NCBI GenBank assembly: GCA_027923505.1
Contig: BROI01000008.1
Coordinates: forward strand, 372,001-436,000
Reading direction: 5' to 3'
DNA length: 64,000 nt
From: Mayamaea pseudoterrestris
Lineage: Eukaryota
The position numbers were made by a program, and so were the translations under genes. Positions 55,115-64,000 of the stretch are shown in pieces. A model generated the notes under the pieces. The model was not told the DNA's origin and did no database searches. It was given only the letters and a program-made list of their open reading frames with translations. The stretch's first letter is position 1. The number at the start of each line of letters is the position of its first letter.

Positions 55115-56095
55115 GTGATGGGCCAACGCTTTGCCAGTGATCGCAGTGCACTCGATGACCGCATGCAACACTCGATCGTGCAGCTGACACTTACGAACAA
55201 AGCTCATACACCGCATTTGATGTTGCTCGATTTCGTTAATTGGATGTGTGGCCATGGAATCTATCAAATGCACTTCAATCTACCGCTATGCTGGGACGAA
55301 TTGTTAGACTGGACCGAGCAGGTCACTTTTCTCAGCTCCCTTCTTGACAATGACAAGCTCCTGCCACCCCATTTCGTCGGCGATGATCGAATCCTTCTAG
55401 CTGGAAGAGAGTTGCCTCGCTTTATTCCCTTGGTGCTCCGATCAGCAAAGGAACAGTTGTCGGAAGTCAAATCTATGAGCTGGGTCTCTCGAGCACGATT
55501 CTTTGCAGACTCTGTGATTGTATCTGTCGCTCGCTCCGACGAAATTGAAACGGTCAATTACATACAGTTGCGTCAATTCTGCAGGTACCACTCGCTATTA
55601 CATCGGCTGTCCGATTTGTATGCGTTGAGATTCAATTGCGTCATTCGAGCGGAAACTGTCGATGCGCGTTCAAAGAAAGATGAATGCATGTTATGTTGTC
55701 ATGAAACGGAAAATGCTGTTCTATCGTGCGGCCACGCAATGTGCACAAGTTGCGTAAAGCGGTGGGTTAAAAAGCAACTCGTCTGTCCGTTTTGTCGACA
55801 GAAGTTCCGCAGCGCGACGGATATTAGCCGAAACGGGACGTGGAATCTGATGGACTGGGCGGATGATGCGGGTCTTGACGACGACATCCAGGCACTCGAG
55901 TCAAAGATCGAGGAGTTTTGGAGCATCGAACTTATTGATATCAGCACACCTGCGAGTAGCACAAATCAAGATACTTTGCGACGTGACCTTTATACGGAGA
56001 TTCCTCGATTGCTTGCGGTCATCAACAACGATCCTGACGATTATCTCATGATTGAAGAGCAAGAAGGCATCGACTCCCTGGCATTGACGTTATAA
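55115..56095 (+). CDS. C3HC4 RING-finger protein
   Basis: CMLC...LSCGHAMCTSC..RW......CPFCR; start uncertain. Confidence 0.75.
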   Translation: MMGQRFASDRSALDDRMQHSIVQLTLTNKAHTPHLMLLDFVNWMCGHGIYQMHFNLPLCWDELLDWTEQVTFLSSLLDNDKLLPPHFVGDDRILLAGRELPRFIPLVLRSAKEQLSEVKSMSWVSRARFFADSVIVSVARSDEIETVNYIQLRQFCRYHSLLHRLSDLYALRFNCVIRAETVDARSKKDECMLCCHETENAVLSCGHAMCTSCVKRWVKKQLVCPFCRQKFRSATDISRNGTWNLMDWADDAGLDDDIQALESKIEEFWSIELIDISTPASSTNQDTLRRDLYTEIPRLLAVINNDPDDYLMIEEQEGIDSLALTL

Positions 56096-56234
56096 TAAAG
56101 TACAAGCTTACATTCTTATGGCTCCAAACACGTCGTTCACGCAGCGAGCCACTACCAACTCTCTTTTTAAATATAACCTTCGTTCAATCACATATTTTGT
56201 TTAAAATCTCATGGTTAAAAAGGCTTTTAAAATT

Positions 56235-56819
56235 TTACAAGCTGCCAAGCAACGCATTGACAGCCGCGCTCTCGTCCCAATCATGCTTTTCCAATGCTTG
56301 GCGGGCACTATCACGATCAAAGCCCATTTCACAAACTCGCGAAATAATGTCTTCCGTATCTTTTGGCTTGGCATAGGTCTGCGTCCAGTATCGTGCGGTC
56401 TCATCATATTTCGGGCGATCCTTCAAGTACATCTTTGCGACTTGTGCATCCTGCGGATCGCCTGGCTCTGCACTGCACATCAAGGCCTGTAAGCTGAGAA
56501 GCGCAGTTTTAATCGTCAGTGCTGGACTCCATTGGTCTTTTAGTATGTCGAGGCAGATGGCTCCCGTCTGCGAACTAATATTCGGATGCCAAATCTTGGT
56601 GATAAACTTCATCTTCGGAGGTTCGAACGGGTAGTTGGGTGGAATGACTATATCAATCTCGAAGAGACCACCCTCGTAAACAGTACCGGATGGCCCAAGA
56701 ACTTCTCCCTTGAGATGCCGCAAATCATCGGGATTGATGGGACGAGCCTTCACTCCCGAAGTGTCATCCTTCTTTACGGCTTCCAGCTCCTTCACTAATC
56801 TTCCCTGCTTGTTGGCCAT
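56235..56819 (-). CDS. UBE2K: Ubiquitin-conjugating enzyme E2-25K/UBC1 with UBA domain
   Basis: YPFEPPKMKFITKIWHPNISSQTGAICLDILKDQWSPAL; UBA EMGFDRDSARQAL. Confidence 0.95.
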   Translation of the reverse strand: MANKQGRLVKELEAVKKDDTSGVKARPINPDDLRHLKGEVLGPSGTVYEGGLFEIDIVIPPNYPFEPPKMKFITKIWHPNISSQTGAICLDILKDQWSPALTIKTALLSLQALMCSAEPGDPQDAQVAKMYLKDRPKYDETARYWTQTYAKPKDTEDIISRVCEMGFDRDSARQALEKHDWDESAAVNALLGSL

Positions 56820-57179
56820 GCTTATTTCAATGTGTATGGTTTCAGCAATTACGTTTGTCAATGATTAGTTGGAACTCGTCGACGACCCGAAAGAGTTTCA
56901 TATGTCAACCTGCTGGTTTCGATTAACAGAGACCGCTCGTGTGAGTTTCTTGGTTGCCATGAATGGCGCGGCGGGCATCGCCGTCGAGTCCCTCTTGCGT
57001 GTCGCACCAGGATTGCCTTCGCCTTTAAGCGATAGATTGGCGTAGCGAGAAGCGATCTCCCTCCAACCGCTCACAACTTCGTTCGACGAATCTCGACGGC
57101 TCGCAACCAAGCTTCCAACAACAACAATCACAATCATATTAGTTATTGTAATCTTGTCGAATTCGTCACACTGTCGACA

Positions 57180-57812
57180 ATGAGCCAAAGCCCAGAATTG
57201 ATCCCGATTATGAACGCCCATTCTCCAAGCAACAATGTCAAGACGACGACGCTTTCGCAAGACTCCACCACTGACATGTTTATGGAAAGTAACAGTACGG
57301 AGGCTGGTCGAATGTCGCGAGAGGAGGAGGAATCAATTGAACTGGCTCGCCAGCTCATGGCGGAGGAAGCCATGGCGTCATACCATCAGCACGTCAACAG
57401 TTTGCGATTGGCTTCGGACAGTGGTCAAATGTCACCAGAGGAAGCTGCCATTTGGCAAATTGCCATGCAGGAGGAAGAGCGCGATCTGGTGGTAGCGGAG
57501 GAAGCTGCCAACGAGCTCTCGTACGATGCATTGCTGCAATTGTCGGAGCGGATCGGCGATGTTCGCACAGAACGATGGACTATGATTTCTACCAAAGAAA
57601 TTGAAAAGCTGACCATCTGCACATTTGATTCAACCACCTGCACTGCAGCAGATGACTCTCAGCACAAGTGTCTCGTCTGCCAAAGCGAGTATGCAGAAGG
57701 CGAAAAGCTTCGTCGACTGCCGTGCTCGCATACTTTTCATCAAGGTTGCGTTGACGTCTGGTTGTCCAGTAAAGACGTTTGTCCCTACTGCCGAATGTCG
57801 ATTGTCTCATAG
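57180..57812 (+). CDS. RING-H2 E3 ligase (BIG BROTHER-like) with UIM-like helix
   Basis: EESIELARQLMAEE; LSYDALLQLSERIGDV; CLVCQSEY...LPCSHTFHQGCVDVWL....CPYCR. Confidence 0.88.
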   Translation: MSQSPELIPIMNAHSPSNNVKTTTLSQDSTTDMFMESNSTEAGRMSREEEESIELARQLMAEEAMASYHQHVNSLRLASDSGQMSPEEAAIWQIAMQEEERDLVVAEEAANELSYDALLQLSERIGDVRTERWTMISTKEIEKLTICTFDSTTCTAADDSQHKCLVCQSEYAEGEKLRRLPCSHTFHQGCVDVWLSSKDVCPYCRMSIVS

Positions 57813-57944
57813 GGTATACCTGCTTGGCTGTCTTAATCTCTTTTCTTGAGATGATCAATCTAAAAAAGTTGTATAGTCTTAGATCATTTGACTTTTAGCC
57901 ATGCGCCAGCTTAGCAAACTAATGCAAACCGTCCAGCCAATTTC

Positions 57945-58776
57945 TTGTCTTCTTCGTATGCTACGTCCTACGAACCACATTTGCGAACGGGAGTTGCAGC
58001 GACGACCATTCAAGGAAGAACGGCCACTAACGCAATCTTTGCACGGCAAGGAGGACCGGAGGGCCTACCGGAGCGAACTGATAGGATTGTACCAGGCTAT
58101 TGTCATTGTGCTCCTTCTAGTGCCCTCATTACAATGCTACCAAGAATTTCCTTGGAGTTAGATGCGATGGCCGCTCTGCGCTCAAGCAGGCCACCGAAGC
58201 CAGGGCAGCCACAGCCACACTTCTGCGCCAGTCGCACTTTGACATCAGTTTGGCCTGCAAGCACCTTATGCGTAACATGTTCTGGGCCAGGTACCCAGTT
58301 AGCCGATCTAATAGGCCGCTGGGGAAATCGATGACGACATGGACGCGGCCGCAAATCTCCACCTCCTGTGGTACGCTGACTACGCTACCGCTGCAATGCC
58401 TCAATTCCTGAATGGCAAAATATGTCGAATCTGCATTAAGTGTGTAAAACTATGCAGCGATATGCTGTCAGCCATATGCAAACAAGTGAATGATCCTCCT
58501 CTTATGGCGTACTGGTATAACAAGGACAAAGTAGTTGGCATCGCATGGAATAGGGAACCGCTCCCAGGAGGACACCTTCCCTGCATGCCTTGCCCAGCCA
58601 ACAAAACTAACCGTTTGTACCTAATGCCCCAGCAAGACCAATTTCTGGAACGAGCGCCAGGAGGGCTTGACAAGCACCTCATCCAACTAAGCACACTATA
58701 TGCGCCGTTCGCATTGCTATTGTTGGGAGGCCATGGGCATGGTGGTCCAACTCCTCCCCGCCAGGTCATACCATAG
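57945..58776 (+). mobile_element. Decayed fragment of an RNase H-containing non-LTR retrotransposon (diatom Ambal-like)
   Basis: Motifs spread over shifting frames in the expected order: SYEPHLRTGVAATTIQG, AYRSELIGLY, CDGRSAL, SHFDIS, KLCSDM...LMAYWYNK..VGIAW; several frameshifts and stops. Confidence 0.6.
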
Positions 58777-59042
58777 CTGTTGTTCAAGCATTTGTTACAG
58801 TTCAGACCGTAGCTAAAACGTCTACACTTTTGGACGCTCTACCGGTAGTCATTTGGTATATTGCGCCACGCAGTCAGGTCAGACCCGGTCACTTCGAGCA
58901 AATGTCAGATTTCATTCGCTTGGGCGTCTGCGAAGACGCGGAGGAGCGGAGGCGCAGACCGCCAATCGTTGCTCTATTACTACTTGGCCTCGTTTCATTA
59001 CACTTCTTATTGTACCACTCTCATTTTCCAGAGTCAGTTGCC

Positions 59043-59756
59043 ATGACCAAGCCGGGAAGACGTGAACGATTGAATTCGAGAGATGATGGCAACAAAATTC
59101 ATAACAGGCGACTTAAGCGACGGCGTAGCTCTGATTCTGACTTGGAAGACAATGTGCTTGTCTCTATGGTGACAACCTGGGTAAACGACGACGCCGATGA
59201 GGTGGAAGAAGAAACTCTGCATGCTAGTCCAAAAAGAACAAGACGACCAGAATCATACGCGGACAATGACTACATTACTTCTACATCGACATCGACACCG
59301 ACACCGACACCGACACCAACAACTGAGATTGTCTTCTCGGTTCATGTGACCCAAATCGCCTACTCTGCCACCGATATCGAAATTCGGCAACATTTTGCAA
59401 GCAAGGCCATTTCCATTCAGTCGCTGAGAATGGTTTATGATCGTGGAGTCGATGGAAGACGACAATTTCGCGGAGTTGCTTTTATCGACCTTGCTGACGA
59501 GCAATCGCACAAGATGATACTGACCCTTCACAAGAGCTCCTTCAAGGGACGCAAGATTAATGTTCGACCGACGAAATCAAAGGATGAGCTCTCAGGTATT
59601 GTTGCCGCGACCAGCCAAAAGGTGGCGGAAAAGATTAGGAAACACAAGAACGAAAAGGATACTGAGGAAGGCCGAGATGCAAAAAAACCATCGCCAAGAA
59701 ATCGCGACGCGGCGAACCGGCGCATCTTAAGGAAGCAGCAGAAGAGTCGAAAATAG
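59043..59756 (+). CDS. RRM-domain nucleolar-type protein (Nop6-like)
   Basis: VHVTQIAY (RNP2), FRGVAFIDL (RNP1), LHKSSFKGRKINVRPT; basic tail. Confidence 0.8.
   Translation: MTKPGRRERLNSRDDGNKIHNRRLKRRRSSDSDLEDNVLVSMVTTWVNDDADEVEEETLHASPKRTRRPESYADNDYITSTSTSTPTPTPTPTTEIVFSVHVTQIAYSATDIEIRQHFASKAISIQSLRMVYDRGVDGRRQFRGVAFIDLADEQSHKMILTLHKSSFKGRKINVRPTKSKDELSGIVAATSQKVAEKIRKHKNEKDTEEGRDAKKPSPRNRDAANRRILRKQQKSRK
59283..59320 (+). repeat. Coding hexamer microsatellite (ACATCG/ACACCG)n encoding TSTSTPTPTPTP
   Basis: Directly visible in the sequence. Confidence 0.8.
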
Positions 59757-60260
59757 TTCTACTGATAGCAATCTAACTTTATAGAACAGGAAAAGATACG
59801 GAACAGCTTGTACCGTTTTTCACTCTCCAATCTTTGAAACTGCCTAGTCCAAGGCTTTTTCTCGAGTCAAATATATCAACGCTAGAACATCTTATGCATA
59901 ATCTCCATCTTCGTCTCAAATATTAAACAGTTTTTTGACTGACAAAGAATGAATACCTTAAAAGATCTACTGCTCACTGATGAGCTTGTTACCAATCCCA
60001 TGTGAAATGTGATCACTGATGACTCTCCAAATCTGGCTGCATCAGCTATGATCAGCGACTACACTCACGTATTCAAGATTATGAAAGGATGTAAACGTAT
60101 CTATATTTGCTGCTTCTTATTGTAATTCGCGATGTTTACTGTTAATAGCTGCAGTTGATCAACATTGCCCAACCCGTAGCGACGTACAGACAGAGTACCG
60201 CGGTACTGATAACAAAAGTGGTGCGACACAAAAGATCGCCGCGGCGCTGCGCGATTACAG

Positions 60261-61580
60261 ATGTTGTGCATAAATTTCGCTGCTTCACTTGCATATCCAT
60301 CCATACCTGCCATTATGAGCCTCATAGCTGTGTTCCTTACCCTGTTTCTATTCATGTTGACGCAGCTTGGCTGCGCCAGTCGGCCGGTGCTGTCAAGGTT
60401 GGAGGATGGATATTCGTTTGACAAATACGTTGACGATTTCGGCAAGATCTACGCTTCCGATGAAGAATTTCAACGACGCAAAGCCATATTTGACAATAAC
60501 CTGCAATTCATACTCGATCATAATGCTCAGTCGCTGAATAAACTAGGTGGCTACTTGCTTGGCATTAATTATTTTGCTGATTTACACTTGGCAGAGCTTC
60601 CTCTAGGCTACGACAAGAAGCCTTCGCGAATGTTAAAGAATTCACAGCAAAATTCTTCCACGAGCGCACAACGCATTTTAAAGAGGCCTTCACTCCCTAT
60701 GGTTGTTGAGCCAGTCTCCCGTCTCCCTGATCAAGTGGATTGGCGGACGAAAGGAGTAACTACTCCCGTCAAGAATCAAGGAATGTGCGGTTCGTGTTGG
60801 GCATTCGCGTCAACAGCCGTCTTGGAGTCGCACATTGCTATACAAACCGACATACTCTTTGAGTTGTCCGAGCAGCAAATAGTGTCTTGCGCTTCCAACC
60901 CCATGCACTGCGGAGGCTTGGGAGGTTGCACCGGCGCCACGGCAGAAATTGCTTTTGACCATGTCTTGCAGAATGGCATTGTGAGCGAATACTCATTTGG
61001 TTATCAATCCGGTCATGGCGAGAATGTTACTTGCTCCTTGCCGAAAAGACAGGCTTCCATTCGATCAGCACCCAACCAACCGAAAAAGGCAGTATACGCT
61101 GATTCAGTCGCGATGATATCCGGCTATGTTTCACTCGAGTCTAATAATTATGAGGTGCTCATGAACGCCGTCGCCAAGTTGGGACCCGTTGCTGTGAGTG
61201 TCGCAGCGCATCCTTGGATGTTTTATCAAAGTGGTGTTATGAGCGTTCCGATAAATTCTACTGGAGCTACGGATATCAACCACTTGGTCGTTCTCGAGGG
61301 ATATGGAACTGACACTGAGTCTGGAGAGGACTACTGGCTGATTCGGAACTCTTGGTCACCACTTTGGGGGGAACGAGGGTACATTCGGCTCCAACGGACA
61401 GACCCAAAGATGCTTCAGGACCCAGATTCGGCATGTGGTATGGACGTTACTCCCAGCCACGGGGATGCTTGCACCATTGACACGAATGGCAGGGAAATTG
61501 AGCCGCCTGCGGTTCGTGTGTGTGGTGCATCGGGTATACTCTACGCGGCTGCAGTTCCTATCGGCGGTTACTTGCTCTAA
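60261..61580 (+). CDS. Papain-family (C1A) cysteine protease with I29 propeptide
   Basis: ERFNIN-like prodomain, VDWR, KNQGMCGSCWAF, NHLV, YWLIRNSWSPLWGERGY; start may be 60315. Confidence 0.95.
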   Translation: MLCINFAASLAYPSIPAIMSLIAVFLTLFLFMLTQLGCASRPVLSRLEDGYSFDKYVDDFGKIYASDEEFQRRKAIFDNNLQFILDHNAQSLNKLGGYLLGINYFADLHLAELPLGYDKKPSRMLKNSQQNSSTSAQRILKRPSLPMVVEPVSRLPDQVDWRTKGVTTPVKNQGMCGSCWAFASTAVLESHIAIQTDILFELSEQQIVSCASNPMHCGGLGGCTGATAEIAFDHVLQNGIVSEYSFGYQSGHGENVTCSLPKRQASIRSAPNQPKKAVYADSVAMISGYVSLESNNYEVLMNAVAKLGPVAVSVAAHPWMFYQSGVMSVPINSTGATDINHLVVLEGYGTDTESGEDYWLIRNSWSPLWGERGYIRLQRTDPKMLQDPDSACGMDVTPSHGDACTIDTNGREIEPPAVRVCGASGILYAAAVPIGGYLL

Positions 61581-61613
61581 AGATGTCATTCATACTGATA
61601 GCTCTAATTGAAT

Positions 61614-63091
61614 TTAAAAATACTGAGATTTAGTGACATACACGCGATCTGCAAATGTTTCAGTCATCGATCGTCGGTAAGCGGACCTTGATGACTGGCG
61701 TCCCTCTCCCTGGAGTTGCACGTCGGCTACTCTCACCTTCTTGGCCAAACCATACGCATCCAGCCTCTCTCGCAAGTAAGTTTTCGTTGCATCAGAACAG
61801 AAGGCTGCCTCTATACCATTGACAATGGACCGAAACAAGTCTTCGCGCGACATGCCCATCTTGGCAATGGCAACCCGATATTGCCATGCCAAACTTGTAT
61901 GAAACACTGCTGGATCGTCCGAGCTAAACGAAAAGGATATACCTCGCTGCTTCATCGTCATGGCAGGATGCGTTGGCCATTCGGAATCTGGATCATCACA
62001 CTCCCACCCACCAGTTTCGACGGATGACGTAGGACAAACTAACATATACACGAGTAAAGAAGCCGTAAGCATCAGTCCTTTGCATGAGTAGTCACACATC
62101 GTGCCATTTCTGACCTACCTTCCATGTGTATCTTATCGTGTCGGACAAGCTCGATAATTTCCTCGCTTTTAACGATGCGATACCCATGTCCAATTCGTTT
62201 AGCTCCGTATTCCTTTACAGCTCGGCGAACATTTTCAGTTGCATTTTCGGAAGCTTCTCCAGCATGAATGGTGATCGACACGTTCTCGTCTTTAGCGCGT
62301 TGAATCATTTCATAATGTGGACGAAAAAGTTCTGGGTACCCATCTTCATCGAAATGCTCCTCACCAGCGGCAATGTCAATCCCCACCACCGGGCAGATCT
62401 CATCTTTTCGATGCTCCAATGCCATGTCTAGTGTAGGCATGGCCCAATCTGGTCTCCACGTCAAGGCGCAAAAGATTTGATTCACAGTAATCGTAAACTT
62501 TTGACAGCCCCGCACCAAACCGCGCGTGACGGCCTCGTAGATTTGTTCGGCAGAGATTGGGTTGTTCGGGTCCGATGCATCACCTTGAAAGCTGTCTGCA
62601 AACAAAAATGGAGAGTATCGGACCTCCGTGTAGACTGTATTCTGCTCCCATTGACGCTGGACGAAATCATGCGCAAGTTGCTCCAGTAGATGCAAATCGC
62701 GTCTTACAAGCGGCAAAAAGATCTCAAAGCAGTTAAGCATGGCCTTCAATGAGCGATTTCCTCGACAGGTGCACAAATTATGGAACTTGCGTTGCGTGCT
62801 ACAATCTTCAACGAGCTTTCTAACTTCCAGTGACTGGCCCGGCTCCCACGGCAAGTCGGCTTTAACAGGAAGACAGTACAGCTTGTCGGGATTCTCGTTT
62901 AGATACTTCCACAAGAAATCAGGATCAAACGACCCATCCAAGTGGACGTGGAGTTCCACTTTAGGGCATTCGCGAATGAACTCTTCATCGCTTTCGTTGT
63001 AAGATTGCCAGCCCGGTCGCTCGCTGAGGTAACGTATCAGTCGTTTCACTTCGTGCGAGCCTTCGTGGTCTTTCGAAGCTTCCTTTGCCAT
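61614..63091 (-). CDS. ADA: Adenosine deaminase (intron 62039-62118)
   Basis: PKVELHVHLDGS, YTEVRYSP, TIHAGE, RIGHG, E|VCPTSS, SDDPAVF. Confidence 0.93.
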
Positions 63092-63424
63092 GACATTGAT
63101 TGATCAAACAGTCGTTCCACAACAGCAATCCTTGCTCACAAAATATGCCTCATATAATAAGCACTCTACTGACAAGGTTGTCGATGGCCGTCGAAAACGG
63201 AACTGCCAACTGCCAATGATCGTCGCCGTCTTCGTGGTTTTTCGACCGTCAACAGCGGTGCGACATATACTATGTTTTGCCGAGCTCACAATTTATGCAC
63301 CGTAGGTGTATATATACACGTTAATCGTACAACTTACCAAGCTTTGACGCTAAATTTGCTTTAAGTTTATATACAAAAGGGAGTAACTGAATCAAAGAGA
63401 GAGAGACGAGAGGTTGAACCATTT

Positions 63425-64000
63425 TCATTTCTCGCTCTCGTCCGACTTGGCCACCAGCCGATCAATTACAGCAAACTGCCTGGGCCAGCTCACATTGTAC
63501 AAGAATTGACGCAAGTCAAAGCGGTTGTCATCGGGAGAGTAACCTTCCGCATGATATGCCGGTGTGATTGTGCACATTTTGTGTCGATTCACGGCGTAGT
63601 AGTAGAAGAATCGTTTTACTTTAGTCGCCACTTCGACAGGCGGCGTGTCATTCCAAATGATGCATAACTTGCGAAACCTGCAGAATGAAAAGATAGTGAG
63701 ATGCTATTTCGCAATGTGTGGGCGAAAACTATATCCATGACTTACATTGAGACGGGTCCACATCGAGAAAGCTTGCGCAAACTACCAAAAAGCCCGAGTT
63801 CGTAATACGACATGCCCATATCCTCTTCATCGAGCTGCGAATGTTCCTCATCGACTCCATTTTCTCCAGTTGATGGTCTTAACTCAGCAGTCGGGGGCGC
63901 TTCTGCGACATCGGCTAGCACATCCCAGCCATACGCCAAGGAAGCCCAAATTAGCATTTTCTTTAAATCACCCTTCGAGATCGCTCCGATCGGATTCAGA
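63425..64000 (-). CDS. NADSYN1: Glutamine-dependent NAD+ synthetase, C-terminal part (intron 63678-63745; 5' end outside window)
   Basis: [37 protein letters not shown]...[36 protein letters not shown]. Confidence 0.95.

Noticed and set aside
59757..60200. AT-rich, CpG-poor intergenic stretch as a TE remnant
   Set aside because: No coding motif, terminal repeat or second copy visible; cannot be supported.

Overview
Gene-dense eukaryotic nuclear DNA with short GT-AG introns and closely spaced genes, most consistent with a diatom or other stramenopile (organism assignment is inference). The flanks (1-25.8 kb and 39.1-64 kb) carry about 29 ordinary host genes, including CstF77, LACS, RRS1, ATG2, CENP-C, HCF101/Mrp, PIG-C, APC2, CSN2, an ABCB half-transporter, UBE2K, a papain protease, ADA and NAD synthetase. 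Between the head-to-head HCF101-like and PIG-C genes lies a ~13-kb foreign-looking island (~25.9-39.0 kb). It contains: a Helitron-type Rep N-terminal ORF that breaks off before its HUH catalytic motif and is fused in frame to a methyl-CpG-binding (MBD)-like domain; three further free-standing paralogues of that MBD-like family; a MazG/DCTPP1-type dCTP-pyrophosphatase-like ORF; a small C3HC4 RING ORF; a small orphan family in four copies in both orientations; two spliced orphan genes; hairpins; tandem duplications; and a candidate GTTTAT..ATAAAC terminus pair flanked by CGAG. The best hypothesis (inference) is a Helitron-related cargo element carrying a cytosine-methylation or anti-silencing toolkit. 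Also notable are two ~93% identical neighbouring introns in the LACS gene and a decayed RNase H-bearing non-LTR retroelement relic at ~58 kb. All calls come from motif recognition by eye; no searches were run.
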